The notes beneath the pieces were generated by a model, which worked only from the letters and a program-made list of their open reading frames with translations, was not told the origin of the DNA and did no database searches. Shown in pieces: positions 1-9,009 of a stretch of 64,000 nt of DNA. How positions within the stretch are numbered: position 1 is the first letter of the stretch; the number at the start of each line of letters is the position of its first letter. The stretch is from positions 7,885-71,884 of the forward strand of contig JBNKWP010000016.1 in NCBI GenBank assembly GCA_050299835.1. Direction: 5' to 3'. The translations under genes and the position numbers were made by a program. The DNA comes from Silicimonas sp. (lineage in GTDB: Bacteria; Pseudomonadota; Alphaproteobacteria; Rhodobacterales; Rhodobacteraceae).

Positions 1-1489
1 CTCGATGCTCTTGACCGGCATCGACAATCACCGCGTCGGGCTGGGCAACATGTACGAACGGACGGCCCCCAATCAGTTGGGCATTGAAGGATACGAGGGG
101 GTCCTATCGACACGTGTCCCAACCATTGCCGAGCGGTTGAAGGCGGCCGGATACCGCACCTACATGGCCGGGAAATGGCACCTTGGTCACTCGCCGAGGC
201 ATATACCTGCCGCCCGTGGTTTCGACCGGAGCTTCTCGCTGCTGAACGGTGCCGGAAGCCACTTCGACCTGAAAGGTGCCAATGAAGGCAATCCAAAGAG
301 TGAATTCGTGGAAGGGAACAAGTACCTTCGGCGGCTTCCGAGGGGCTATTATTCTTCGCTGACCTTCACCGACAAGCTGAAGTCCTATATCGAGGAGGGC
401 CGCAAATCGGGTCAGCCCTTCTTTGCCTATCTTGCGTTCCAAGCGCCGCACGACCCGCTTCAGGTCCCCAAACGGTGGCTGTGGAGGTATAAGGGCAAGT
501 ACGACATGGGTTGGGATGACCTGCGTCGCCAAAGACTGGCGCGGCAGAAACGTCTTGGCATCGTGCCGAAGACCGCGAAACTTGCGCCCAGACTTTGGTA
601 CATTCCCGAATACGACGATTTGCTTGGTGCGGCGCAAGTGCAGCAGTCCCGCCGGATGGAAATCTACGCCTCGATGGTCGAGTTCCTGGACTTCCAGGTG
701 GGCGAACTGATCAAGTATCTCGATAAGACGGGTCAATTGGACAATACATACATCGTCTTCTTCTCGGACAATGGCCCCGAAGGGAACGACCCGATCCAGC
801 AGGCCAAACAGCGACCGGCGCTGTCCGGGTCGGCCTGGTATCCGAACAACTACGACACGCAGTTCGCCTCGTGGGGTCGCAACTACAGCTACATGGCTTA
901 CGGCGCTCCCTGGGCACAGGTCTCGGCGACGCCGTTCAGCGGCTACAAGGGCAGCGCGTTTGAGGGTGGTATCCGGTCGCCGCTGATCGTCTGGCACAAG
1001 GACATGAAACGCGGAAGGATCAACCGGGGTGCGCTGATGCATGTAAAAGACATCCCAGCGACGCTTGCCCAGCTTGCTGGTGCGAATACACGAGGGATGC
1101 AGGGTCGCTCTTGGGTGCCTCTGTTGACCGGCCGGTCGAAGAACCCGCGTGGCGACGGCGGAATAATAGCGGGGCAGTATTTCGGAGCACAGTTCGCCCG
1201 ATCAGGTCGCTACAAAGCCGTCTGGATGCCGAAGCCATTCGGGAAGGACCGTTGGCAACTCTTCGATGTGTCGAAAGACCCGGGCGAGACCCGAGACCTG
1301 TCGGGCGTTTACCCGCAAAGGCGTGCCGCGCTCATTGCCGCTTATCAGCGCTATGCCAGTCAGAACAATATCATCCGTCCGAACCGGTCTTTCTACGATG
1401 GGCTCGAACAAATCCTGCCGCCCCGTCCACCGGTTGATGCCGAAGGGTATCCGCGCGGGCAGGAACCGAACTACGCAATCACCGAGTGA
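1..1489 (+). CDS. arylsulfatase, 5-prime partial (runs off the window edge)
   Basis: ORF 5..1489 is open to the window start. MLLTG lies where sulfatases carry the segment just after the C/S-x-P-x-R FGly motif. Sulfatase-like blocks GKWHLG, AFQAPHDP and FFSDNGPE are present. Confidence 0.85.
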   Translation, partial: SMLLTGIDNHRVGLGNMYERTAPNQLGIEGYEGVLSTRVPTIAERLKAAGYRTYMAGKWHLGHSPRHIPAARGFDRSFSLLNGAGSHFDLKGANEGNPKSEFVEGNKYLRRLPRGYYSSLTFTDKLKSYIEEGRKSGQPFFAYLAFQAPHDPLQVPKRWLWRYKGKYDMGWDDLRRQRLARQKRLGIVPKTAKLAPRLWYIPEYDDLLGAAQVQQSRRMEIYASMVEFLDFQVGELIKYLDKTGQLDNTYIVFFSDNGPEGNDPIQQAKQRPALSGSAWYPNNYDTQFASWGRNYSYMAYGAPWAQVSATPFSGYKGSAFEGGIRSPLIVWHKDMKRGRINRGALMHVKDIPATLAQLAGANTRGMQGRSWVPLLTGRSKNPRGDGGIIAGQYFGAQFARSGRYKAVWMPKPFGKDRWQLFDVSKDPGETRDLSGVYPQRRAALIAAYQRYASQNNIIRPNRSFYDGLEQILPPRPPVDAEGYPRGQEPNYAITE

Positions 1490-1503
1490 GCGGGGGCCCA
1501 CAC

Positions 1504-2475
1504 ATGAGAAACGCACTTACCATTGCCGCGATCTGTTTGACGGGGGCAACTACGCCAGCATTCGCCGAGTTCGACGGGCCACGTGTTTACTGGCCGATCC
1601 CGAAGAACACGAACATCCTCAGTTTCTCGCGGTTCGAGGGCCGGGCCAACCTGAAGTTCCCGGTGTTCGACAACTACAGGGGTACGCTGGATGTCGCACC
1701 CGACTTCTGGGTCGGTACCTATGTCCGCAGCCAGCCCTTGTTCGGCCGTACGATCCTGTGGCAGGCCAGTCTGCCGTTCGGGAGCCTCGACACCGACAGT
1801 TCACTGCCCCTCGGCGCGACAAACACCTTCGCGGATGGTATCGGCGATCTGACGTTTGGTGCGGCAGTGAACGTCGCCGGGGTGCCGGAACTCGCAGTTC
1901 GAGACTATCTGCGTTGGGAGGAAACGCTTTCGGTCAATGTCGGCCTGCATTTCAGCGCCCCGACGGGTACCTACGACGCCAACGAAGCCCTCAACATGGG
2001 CTCGAACCGCTGGAGCGCACGTCTTTCCGCCCCGATCATGTGGAACATTGGCGACTGGGTGCCGGGACGTCGAACGACGCTTGAAGTCATGCCTGCCGTT
2101 CGTTGGTTTGGTGACAACGACGACAGTTTCGGCGACACGGTTGAACAGGACCCGCTTTATTCGGTCGAAGCGCACCTGACGCGGGACATCACCAAAAAAG
2201 CTTTCGCATCTCTGGATTGGACCTACCTCGGCGGCGGGGCCCAGACATTCGTCAGCAACTCGACCGGTCTGACAACCGGAACCAGCGATGAAGTTGACGC
2301 GCATTTCCTTGGTTTCACATTTGGTTATCAGGTCAACGACAATGCCAGCTTCCAGTTGAGCCATATGCAAGCCGTCAGCGGCGACATAGGTGGCTTCGAT
2401 GCGGATGCGGCGGTCACGAAGCTTCAGTTCGTCTGGTCCTGGCACGATGTGCTGGAACGCCGCAGCGACTTCTGA
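1504..2475 (+). CDS. putative outer-membrane beta-barrel protein (MetA/phenol-degradation-like transporter family)
   Basis: Internal ATG at 1504 gives an MRNALTIAAICLTGATTPAFA signal peptide. The sequence has alternating beta-strand-like composition and a C-terminal aromatic F, typical of OMPs. Confidence 0.55.
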   Translation: MRNALTIAAICLTGATTPAFAEFDGPRVYWPIPKNTNILSFSRFEGRANLKFPVFDNYRGTLDVAPDFWVGTYVRSQPLFGRTILWQASLPFGSLDTDSSLPLGATNTFADGIGDLTFGAAVNVAGVPELAVRDYLRWEETLSVNVGLHFSAPTGTYDANEALNMGSNRWSARLSAPIMWNIGDWVPGRRTTLEVMPAVRWFGDNDDSFGDTVEQDPLYSVEAHLTRDITKKAFASLDWTYLGGGAQTFVSNSTGLTTGTSDEVDAHFLGFTFGYQVNDNASFQLSHMQAVSGDIGGFDADAAVTKLQFVWSWHDVLERRSDF

Positions 2476-2478
2476 TTC

Positions 2479-3462
2479 ATGAGACCCGTCGCTCTCACTC
2501 TGATATGCGTTCTCTTAGCAGGTCAGGTGTCCGCCCAGGGCACCTGCACAGACGAGTTGATCGCCGATCCGGGGTCCACCCTGGACGCGCTCTTGCAGGC
2601 CGGATGCCAACTGACATCGGATCAGATCAGTCGGGCGATGGACAATCCGGTGGGCGAGATGGTGTCGGTACCGCTTGTTTATGAGCGAAAGACCGTCACG
2701 GAGCCTTTCTTCGGCACCAGCCAGGTGATCGAGAATGTCAAACTGATCCCGACGTTTCCGGTCCGGTTGAATGACCGCTGGAGTCTGGTGAACCGTGTCG
2801 TGTTGAGTTTTCCCAAAGTGCCGATCAACAAAGATGCGCTGTCGAACGTCAGCTTTGAGGCCGATGGGCTGAACTTCGGAATAACCGGCCCCGCGCCGAC
2901 GCCCGCCGATCTGGCGGGATCGACGACAGGCTTTGGTGATCTGACCTATGTGGGTCTTTTCACGCCCAATGAAACGACAGCCGTGGGCAACGGCAAACTG
3001 ATCTGGGCCATCGGGCCAACCTTCATTTTTCCCACGGCGAGCGAGGACTTCCTCGGCCAGGGCAAATACCAGGCCGGGATCGCGGGAGCGTTGGCGTATC
3101 TGGGCGAGAACTGGACGCTCGGCCTTTTCCCGCAGCACTGGTGGTCCTTTGCTGGCGACGACAACCGGCCCGACGTGAACCGGACGAACATTCAGTATTT
3201 CGTCTATCGCAAGCTTCCGAACCAATGGTCCATCGGGGCGTCCCCCACAATCTCCATCAACTGGAACGGTGCCGGTGGAACCGAGGTCGATGTCCCGATT
3301 GGCATCGGCCTGAACAAGACCGCTTTCGTTGGCAAACTGCCCGTTCGTTTCAGCCTCGAATATCATGACTACATCACCACTTCGAGCGGCATCAATCCGG
3401 AGAGTTCGATCAAGTTCTCGATCTCTCCGGCTGTGCCCGCAGCTTTCTTGAGGAACCGATGA
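2479..3462 (+). CDS. signal-peptide protein, putative outer-membrane protein of unknown function
   Basis: Signal peptide MRPVALTLICVLLAGQVSAQG. Gly/aromatic-rich beta-type sequence, tightly packed between the neighbouring genes. Family not recognised. Confidence 0.45.
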   Translation: MRPVALTLICVLLAGQVSAQGTCTDELIADPGSTLDALLQAGCQLTSDQISRAMDNPVGEMVSVPLVYERKTVTEPFFGTSQVIENVKLIPTFPVRLNDRWSLVNRVVLSFPKVPINKDALSNVSFEADGLNFGITGPAPTPADLAGSTTGFGDLTYVGLFTPNETTAVGNGKLIWAIGPTFIFPTASEDFLGQGKYQAGIAGALAYLGENWTLGLFPQHWWSFAGDDNRPDVNRTNIQYFVYRKLPNQWSIGASPTISINWNGAGGTEVDVPIGIGLNKTAFVGKLPVRFSLEYHDYITTSSGINPESSIKFSISPAVPAAFLRNR

Positions 3463-4391
3463 AAACAGTTTTTCTGGCCAGTCTTGCCGCCCTGACAACA
3501 GTTGGTGTGCTTGGGGCGACGGTGGAAACGGAAGAGGTTTCCACATCAGACAAGGTTTGTGTTCAGCTCTTGGGAGACATCGCCATCACCGGTGGCTCCT
3601 TCGACATGGGGGATACGGGTTTCTATGCGGATGAAGGGCCGGTTGTCCGGCTGCGTGTCGATCCGTTTCGCATGGATGCACACGAGGTGACGAACTTTCA
3701 GTTCGCCGAGTTTGTTGCTGCGACCGGCTATGTGACCAGCGCCGAGCGAATGGTGGAGGCGGGATGGCCAGCCAATGGCTCAGCCGTATTTGATGCCATG
3801 CAATGGCAGTTCGTTGAGGGAGCCGACTGGAGACATCCGGAGGGTCCTGACAGTTCCATCGAAGGGCGCGACGGGGAGCCGGTCGTTCAGGTCTCCCTCG
3901 AAGATGCGCAAGCCTATGCGAAATGGGCCGGGCGGGCACTGCCGACAGAAGCGGAGTGGGAATTCGCCGCACGCGGCGGCCTGAATGGCCAACCCTTTGC
4001 CTGGGGTGATGTCTTCACGCCCGGCGGAGTGTATATGGCGAACACTTGGCAGGGTATGTTCCCGGAGGAGGACACTGGCGAGGATGGTCACATGGGGCGT
4101 ACACAAGTTGGTTGCTTCCCCGCAAACGGCTTTGGCCTTTACGACATGATTGGCAACGTCTGGGAGTGGACCAAAGACCCCTATTATCCCGACAAGCGCT
4201 TCGAAGCCCCCGAAGGCGTCGCGTCAACCGGCTTCGATCCATTGCAGCCGGAAGTGCCGGTGGCCGTCATCAAGGGAGGTTCGTTTCTTTGCTCCCCCGA
4301 CTTCTGTGGCAGGTACAGACCGGCTGCGAGGCATGCACAGAACACCGGCTTGGGAACGAACCACATAGGTTTTCGCACTGTGCAACGGTGA
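3459..4391 (+). CDS. formylglycine-generating enzyme (SUMF1/FGE family)
   Basis: Typical FGE-sulfatase blocks: RVDPFRMDAHEVTNFQFAEFV, LPTEAEWEFAARGG, GNVWEWT, GGSFLC. Start overlaps the upstream stop by 4 nt, and the gene is co-located with an arylsulfatase. Confidence 0.85.
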   Translation: MKTVFLASLAALTTVGVLGATVETEEVSTSDKVCVQLLGDIAITGGSFDMGDTGFYADEGPVVRLRVDPFRMDAHEVTNFQFAEFVAATGYVTSAERMVEAGWPANGSAVFDAMQWQFVEGADWRHPEGPDSSIEGRDGEPVVQVSLEDAQAYAKWAGRALPTEAEWEFAARGGLNGQPFAWGDVFTPGGVYMANTWQGMFPEEDTGEDGHMGRTQVGCFPANGFGLYDMIGNVWEWTKDPYYPDKRFEAPEGVASTGFDPLQPEVPVAVIKGGSFLCSPDFCGRYRPAARHAQNTGLGTNHIGFRTVQR

Positions 4392-4677
4392 TTTTCGCGC
4401 AGCAAAGAAGTGGTCAGGACATGTTCGTTAGGCTTTTATCTTCGGCCTTTCGGAGCGTTATGCCAATGCCGAGCGGGCATTGTCCGTACGGTGTTTGAGG
4501 CTTCAGCCCTTGGGTACTCGGGTGATACAGCGCGGTGGAGAAGATAGGTCGCATGGATCGCTGGGAGTGCGACAGACGGCTTGCCAGATCAGAGTAATAG
4601 ATGGCGCAGAGTAACGGATATTTCTTTATGGAAATGGCCATTCTTGCCTCGTTTGTCACACTGGAAGGCTAAATGCG

Positions 4678-4714
4678 GTTCGCTCTCGGTATGCTCGGGC
4701 CCACGCAACCACTG
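4678..4714 (+). repeat. intergenic repeat element, copy A (GTTCGCTCTCGGTATGCTCGGGCCCACGCAACCACTGA)
   Basis: Near-identical to copies at 7633..7669 and 14519..14552. Same orientation, downstream of the last + strand gene of a module. Confidence 0.7.
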
Positions 4715-4720
4715 AAAGCA

Positions 4721-4757
4721 AAAGCCCCGACACAGACGTGCCGGGGTTTTCTTTTTT
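4721..4757 (+). terminator. rho-independent terminator candidate
   Basis: AAAGCCCCG / CGGGGTTTT stem with a 12-nt loop, followed by a T-rich run (TTTTCTTTTTT). Confidence 0.6.
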
Positions 4758-4838
4758 GGGCCAAAATGCACAGAACGGCTTTGGGGATGAACCACAATTC
4801 CCAATCCGATCGTCGTGCCCGAATAATTTTCGAACTTG

Positions 4839-4859
4839 ACTGACTGACCGTCAGTCAGT
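4839..4859. promoter_or_regulatory. perfect 10-1-10 palindrome ACTGACTGAC-C-GTCAGTCAGT, probable TetR operator overlapping a promoter
   Basis: Lies about 27 nt upstream of the TetR start. Sits between a TTGACT (-35-like, 4836..4841) and a TAATAG (-10-like, 4859..4864) separated by 17 nt. Confidence 0.6.
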
Positions 4860-4885
4860 AATAGGAAGGCGATTGGAGGATCATC

Positions 4886-5518
4886 GTGGCAAGGATCGTC
4901 AAAGCTCCCGAAGAACGACGGGCTGAGATTGTCGAGACAGCAGACAGGCTGTTTCGTCAGCACGGCTATGCGAAATGTTCGGTGGAGATGATCATTCGCG
5001 AGATTGGCGTCGCGAAGGGAACCTTTTACTATTACTTCAAATCCAAGCCCGACATTCTCAAAGCCGTCGTCGACAAGACGCTTGGTCAGATCGTCGGCAT
5101 GGCAAAGGGCGTTGCTGCCGAACCTTCTCTGAACGCCATGCAAAAGATGGAGATGTTGCTCGGCAACAGCCATATCGGCGACGATGACAGCCTCGAAGTC
5201 GCAGAGATGCTGCACCTTCCGGAGAACCGGGAGCTTCACGAACTCACGAATATTCAGACGGTCTTACAACTCTCTCCGGTTCTTGCCGAAATCGTGGAAC
5301 AGGGGATTGAGGAAGGTGTTTTCACCGTCGAGAAGCCCCTTGAAACGATCCAGTTTCTTTTCACAGGCGCTCAGTTTCTGACCGACGGGGATCTTTTCGG
5401 GTTTTCCGAATCCGAACTTCGCGCGCGGCGTTCGGCGATGCAGACAATCATAGAAAAAGCACTCGGCGCTGAACCGGGAAGCTTTGACTTCATGAACCCG
5501 ATCCGGGCGGAGGAGTAG
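4886..5518 (+). CDS. TetR/AcrR family transcriptional regulator
   Basis: N-terminal HTH signature FRQHGYAKCSVEMIIREIGVAKGTFYYYFKSK. GTG start preceded by GGAGGA. Confidence 0.9.
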   Translation: MARIVKAPEERRAEIVETADRLFRQHGYAKCSVEMIIREIGVAKGTFYYYFKSKPDILKAVVDKTLGQIVGMAKGVAAEPSLNAMQKMEMLLGNSHIGDDDSLEVAEMLHLPENRELHELTNIQTVLQLSPVLAEIVEQGIEEGVFTVEKPLETIQFLFTGAQFLTDGDLFGFSESELRARRSAMQTIIEKALGAEPGSFDFMNPIRAEE

Positions 5519-5563
5519 AGGCATGAGCAGGCAAACGCATCTCAACAATTTGGGGACCATCCT

Positions 5564-6406
5564 ATGGCTTACATGACTGCACCGACACGGGGCTTTGAAG
5601 TTCCATCCTATGCTCTGTTCATTTTCTTCATCCTGACTTTCGCCATCACCTGGGGCGTTGTCGGAATGTACATCATCGCACCCGAATGGGCTGCCTCCAG
5701 CTTTGGCGAAATCAGTGGTTCACACCCTTTCTTCTTTCTGGCGACCTGGGCGCCCGCGATCTCAGCCTTTGCGCTTGTGCTTTGCTTCGGTGGCACTGCC
5801 GGGCTCAAGGCCTTCCTCTCCCGGCTGCCGATGTATCGCTTGTCGCCACGTTGGCTCGCGTTCATCCTCCTGGTCATTCCGGCTGTCTACATGATGGGTT
5901 CGGCTTTCAAGGCTGGCCCGCTTCTCGCTCCTATGCCACCCGAAGGAGTGGGGGCCATGGTCTCCATAACCTTCATGATGCTGTTTCTGGGGCCGATCGA
6001 GGAATTCGGATGGCGCGGCGTTGCCCAACCCATACTGCAACGTCACGTCGCGCCGCTTTGGGCGGGCATGATCATAGGAACGATCTGGGGCATCTGGCAT
6101 CTTCCGGCTTTCTTCTTGTCGGGAACGGTCTTCGCAGGCTGGAACTTCTTCCCGTTCCTCGTGGGCAACATTACCCTTGCTGTCCTTGTGACACCGATCT
6201 TCAATGCGGGGCGCGGGAGCCTTCTTTGGCCGATGTTATTTCATTGGCAACTGATCCTTCCGATCTGGCCGGACGCTCAACCCTACGACACCTGGCTCTT
6301 TCTCGCCGTGGCCGTGGTCGTTGTCTGGTGGAACCGGGGCACCATGCTGCACAGGGGCGAGGCCGTCACGGAGGTGATCCCAGAAGCCGGTGGAGCGGGA
6401 CAATGA
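5564..6406 (+). CDS. CPBP family intramembrane glutamic endopeptidase (CAAX protease-like)
   Basis: Multi-TM protein with the EEFGWRG motif and a downstream WGIWHLP His motif, characteristic of Abi/CPBP proteins. Confidence 0.8.
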   Translation: MAYMTAPTRGFEVPSYALFIFFILTFAITWGVVGMYIIAPEWAASSFGEISGSHPFFFLATWAPAISAFALVLCFGGTAGLKAFLSRLPMYRLSPRWLAFILLVIPAVYMMGSAFKAGPLLAPMPPEGVGAMVSITFMMLFLGPIEEFGWRGVAQPILQRHVAPLWAGMIIGTIWGIWHLPAFFLSGTVFAGWNFFPFLVGNITLAVLVTPIFNAGRGSLLWPMLFHWQLILPIWPDAQPYDTWLFLAVAVVVVWWNRGTMLHRGEAVTEVIPEAGGAGQ

Positions 6407-7590
6407 AGCCGGTTCTTCGTAACCTCGGGGCTCTGGTTTTTGCCTTCTGTTTAATTGCCTCGGCGGCCAGAGCGGAGCAGGGTGATCTGCGCAAAGACGT
6501 GCAGGTCCTGCTGGAGAGCTTCCGTGAGGCCTATGGGTTCCCGGGCGCAACAGTTGCTTATGTGACGGATGACGGGACTGTGGAGACCGTTGCCGTCGGC
6601 ATGGCGGATGTGGAAGCTGGCATCGCGATGACGACCGACAGTCGCATGTTGGCGGCAAGTATAGGCAAGACGATATGGGGTGCGTTGGTCCTTGACCTTG
6701 AGGCCGAGGGACTGCTCAGCCAATCCGACCTAGTTTCGAGCTATCTCGGCGATGAACCCTGGTTTGCCCGGCTGCCGAATTCGGAGGCGATAACGATCGG
6801 TCAGCTTGCCACCCACAGCGCGGGTCTACCGGACCACGTTCACATGGAAGGTGTTGCCGCCAGATTGATCTCGCTTGGGGATTTGGATCAGCCTGATCCC
6901 GCCGAATTGATCTCGTTCATCCTGGACGAGCCCGCGCTTTTCGAGGCGGGAACGGCTTGGGCCTATACCGACACGGGATATGTGCTCTTGGGCATGGTCC
7001 TTAAGTCCGCAACAGGTCGGGGCGTGTTCAACCTGGCAGAGGACCGGATTCTGGGTCCGCTTGGACTAACGGCCACAACGCCGTCGAACTCATCCCAAAT
7101 TGAAGGACTCGCCGTAGGCTACACTGGTGAGATCAATCCCTTTGGTCTTGACCCGCGTACAATGGACGAACACGGTCGTCTAAGCTGGAACCCTGTCGTG
7201 GAGTGGACAGGAGGTGGGTTCGCATCGACATCAGCGGATCTGGCGAAGTGGGGCCATGTTCTGTTTACGGGAAAGGCATTCGACGTAGATTACCTGAGCC
7301 GCCTGTTGGAAGGCGTTGCCATCAGCCCTGAGGCGCCGGGCGTTTCTTACGGGACGGGAGTTGCAGTCTATGAGGAAACACCGTTTGGGCCAGTATACGG
7401 GCACGGCGGATGGATTCCCGGTTATGTGTCAAGCCTCAGGCACTATGCTGACTACGGCCTGACCATCGCGTTTCAGATCAACACCGATATTGGTGTGTTG
7501 GATGACAGCACCGACCTGATTCCAGCCCTTGAAACTGCCTTGGTCGAGTTGTTGGTTGGCGCTGCGAACCAGCTGAACGCGAAACCTTGA
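6403..7590 (+). CDS. serine hydrolase (beta-lactamase / PBP-like family), secreted
   Basis: ATG at 6403 overlaps the upstream TGA (ATGA). Signal peptide MKPVLRNLGALVFAFCLIASAARA and an S-x-x-K motif (SIGKT). The 5686 start in the ORF track is an out-of-frame read-through of the CPBP gene. Confidence 0.8.
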   Translation: MKPVLRNLGALVFAFCLIASAARAEQGDLRKDVQVLLESFREAYGFPGATVAYVTDDGTVETVAVGMADVEAGIAMTTDSRMLAASIGKTIWGALVLDLEAEGLLSQSDLVSSYLGDEPWFARLPNSEAITIGQLATHSAGLPDHVHMEGVAARLISLGDLDQPDPAELISFILDEPALFEAGTAWAYTDTGYVLLGMVLKSATGRGVFNLAEDRILGPLGLTATTPSNSSQIEGLAVGYTGEINPFGLDPRTMDEHGRLSWNPVVEWTGGGFASTSADLAKWGHVLFTGKAFDVDYLSRLLEGVAISPEAPGVSYGTGVAVYEETPFGPVYGHGGWIPGYVSSLRHYADYGLTIAFQINTDIGVLDDSTDLIPALETALVELLVGAANQLNAKP

Positions 7591-7623
7591 AAAGACTCGA
7601 ACTGAGTGGCCTTAACCGCCAAT

Positions 7624-7669
7624 AGAAACCCTGTTCGCTCTCGGTGTACTCAGGCCACGCAACCACTGA
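7624..7669 (+). repeat. intergenic repeat element, copy B (AGAAACC-N2-GTTCGCTCTCGGTGTACTCAGGCCACGCAACCACTGA)
   Basis: Aligns with copies A and C. Flanked by a 7-bp inverted repeat GTGGCCT (7606..7612) / AGGCCAC (7652..7658). Confidence 0.7.
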
Positions 7670-8186
7670 CACCGAAATTCAATAGACGGGTTATGCTAAA
7701 CGCTTCGCTTCGACGACCATCCGAGCTACATCACCCGATGGCCGTCGAAATCCAATCATTCTCTGCGGACGATTTCCATATAGCCCCCCCGCAGTCGCAG
7801 CGTCACCGCGACTTCGGACTTGTCTCGGTTGCGTCAGAACCTTCCGTGGTATCCGGTGATGGGAGTTTCGAAAATTCCCTCACCTGAGGTTTGTTCGAAG
7901 GGCGACCTTGAGATTCCTGAACACACTCACGAGAAGCTGCCGCCTGACCATCTGCATCTGAAGGGTCGCCGACATCACACACATCGGGTCATCGTGGATG
8001 ATCATCACCCTCGCTGATCGTCGACGGTCCAACGGGGCAAAAGGAGATGGGCCAATGCTTCGAGGCCGCATCTTTGACACCCGCACAGGTTGCTGCTAGT
8101 TGCAGATCATGGGGCCTGCGGAAGCCTCGTGAGGCGTCAGCCGAAAAGCCGCATCCTCTCAATCCACGACAGGGAAGGATGCCGCC

Positions 8187-9005
8187 ATGGCCTCACCTAC
8201 TGAAATCAAAGCTGCTCAACTTGTTCGGCTGATCGGTACGCCCGATTGCCCGACGATTATCGACGTTCGGATCGACGAAGACTTCGATGAGGATCCTCGT
8301 GTCATACCCGGGGCACGACGTGTCCCGTACGCCGAGGCAAGCTTGCTTGCTAAATCGTTTGGCGAGACGGGAGGCCTGGTCACTTGCCAGAAGGGCCTGA
8401 AGCTTAGTCAGGGCGTTGCGGCGATCCTGCGTGCGGAAGGGATTCCCGCCGAGACGCTCGAAGGCGGGCACGTCGCATGGCGTGACGCAGGTTTGCCATT
8501 GATCGACTGGTCGAAGGTCCCACAACGTGGAGAGGACGGCCATACGCTTTGGGTCACCCGGCACCGTCCCAAGATTGACCGTATCGCTTGCCCCTGGCTC
8601 ATCCGGCGGTTTGTCGATCCCGGGGCGAGGTTCCTGTTCGTCGAGACCGGCCAGGTGAAGAACGTCGCCGAGCGGTTCGGGGCGACGCCGTTCGACATCG
8701 CGGACGTATTCTGGAGCCACCGGGGGGAAGACTGTTCCTTCGACACCATGATCCACGAATTCGGTCTGGAGATTGAGGCTCTGAGCCGGTTGGCAGTCAT
8801 AGTCCGTGCTGCGGACACGGACCGCCTAGATCTTGCTCCCGAGGCCGCCGGTCTGCTGGCCGCGTCTCTCGGTCTTTCCCGAATGCACAAGGATGACCTC
8901 GCGCAACTCAAAGAAGGCATGGCGCTCTACGACATGTTCTATCGGTGGGCACGAGATGCCACTGACGAGACACATGACTGGCCAGCCGTCGGCGGGGCGG
9001 CCTGA
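8187..9005 (+). CDS. rhodanese-domain / ChrB C-terminal domain chromate resistance protein
   Basis: N-terminal rhodanese-like fold. The C-terminal block WVTRHRPKIDRIACPWLIRRFVDPGARFLF is typical of ChrB-type proteins. Directly upstream of chrA. Confidence 0.7.
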   Translation: MASPTEIKAAQLVRLIGTPDCPTIIDVRIDEDFDEDPRVIPGARRVPYAEASLLAKSFGETGGLVTCQKGLKLSQGVAAILRAEGIPAETLEGGHVAWRDAGLPLIDWSKVPQRGEDGHTLWVTRHRPKIDRIACPWLIRRFVDPGARFLFVETGQVKNVAERFGATPFDIADVFWSHRGEDCSFDTMIHEFGLEIEALSRLAVIVRAADTDRLDLAPEAAGLLAASLGLSRMHKDDLAQLKEGMALYDMFYRWARDATDETHDWPAVGGAA

Positions 9006-9009
9006 TACC

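Noticed and set aside
4414-4659. 81-aa minus-strand ORF in the FGE-TetR intergenic region
   Set aside because: No RBS, atypical composition and no recognisable similarity. The region is more likely UTR or non-coding.
5686-6402. N-terminal extension of the serine hydrolase ORF (5686..7590)
   Set aside because: It overlaps the CPBP protease gene out of frame. The signal peptide and ATGA coupling support the 6403 start.
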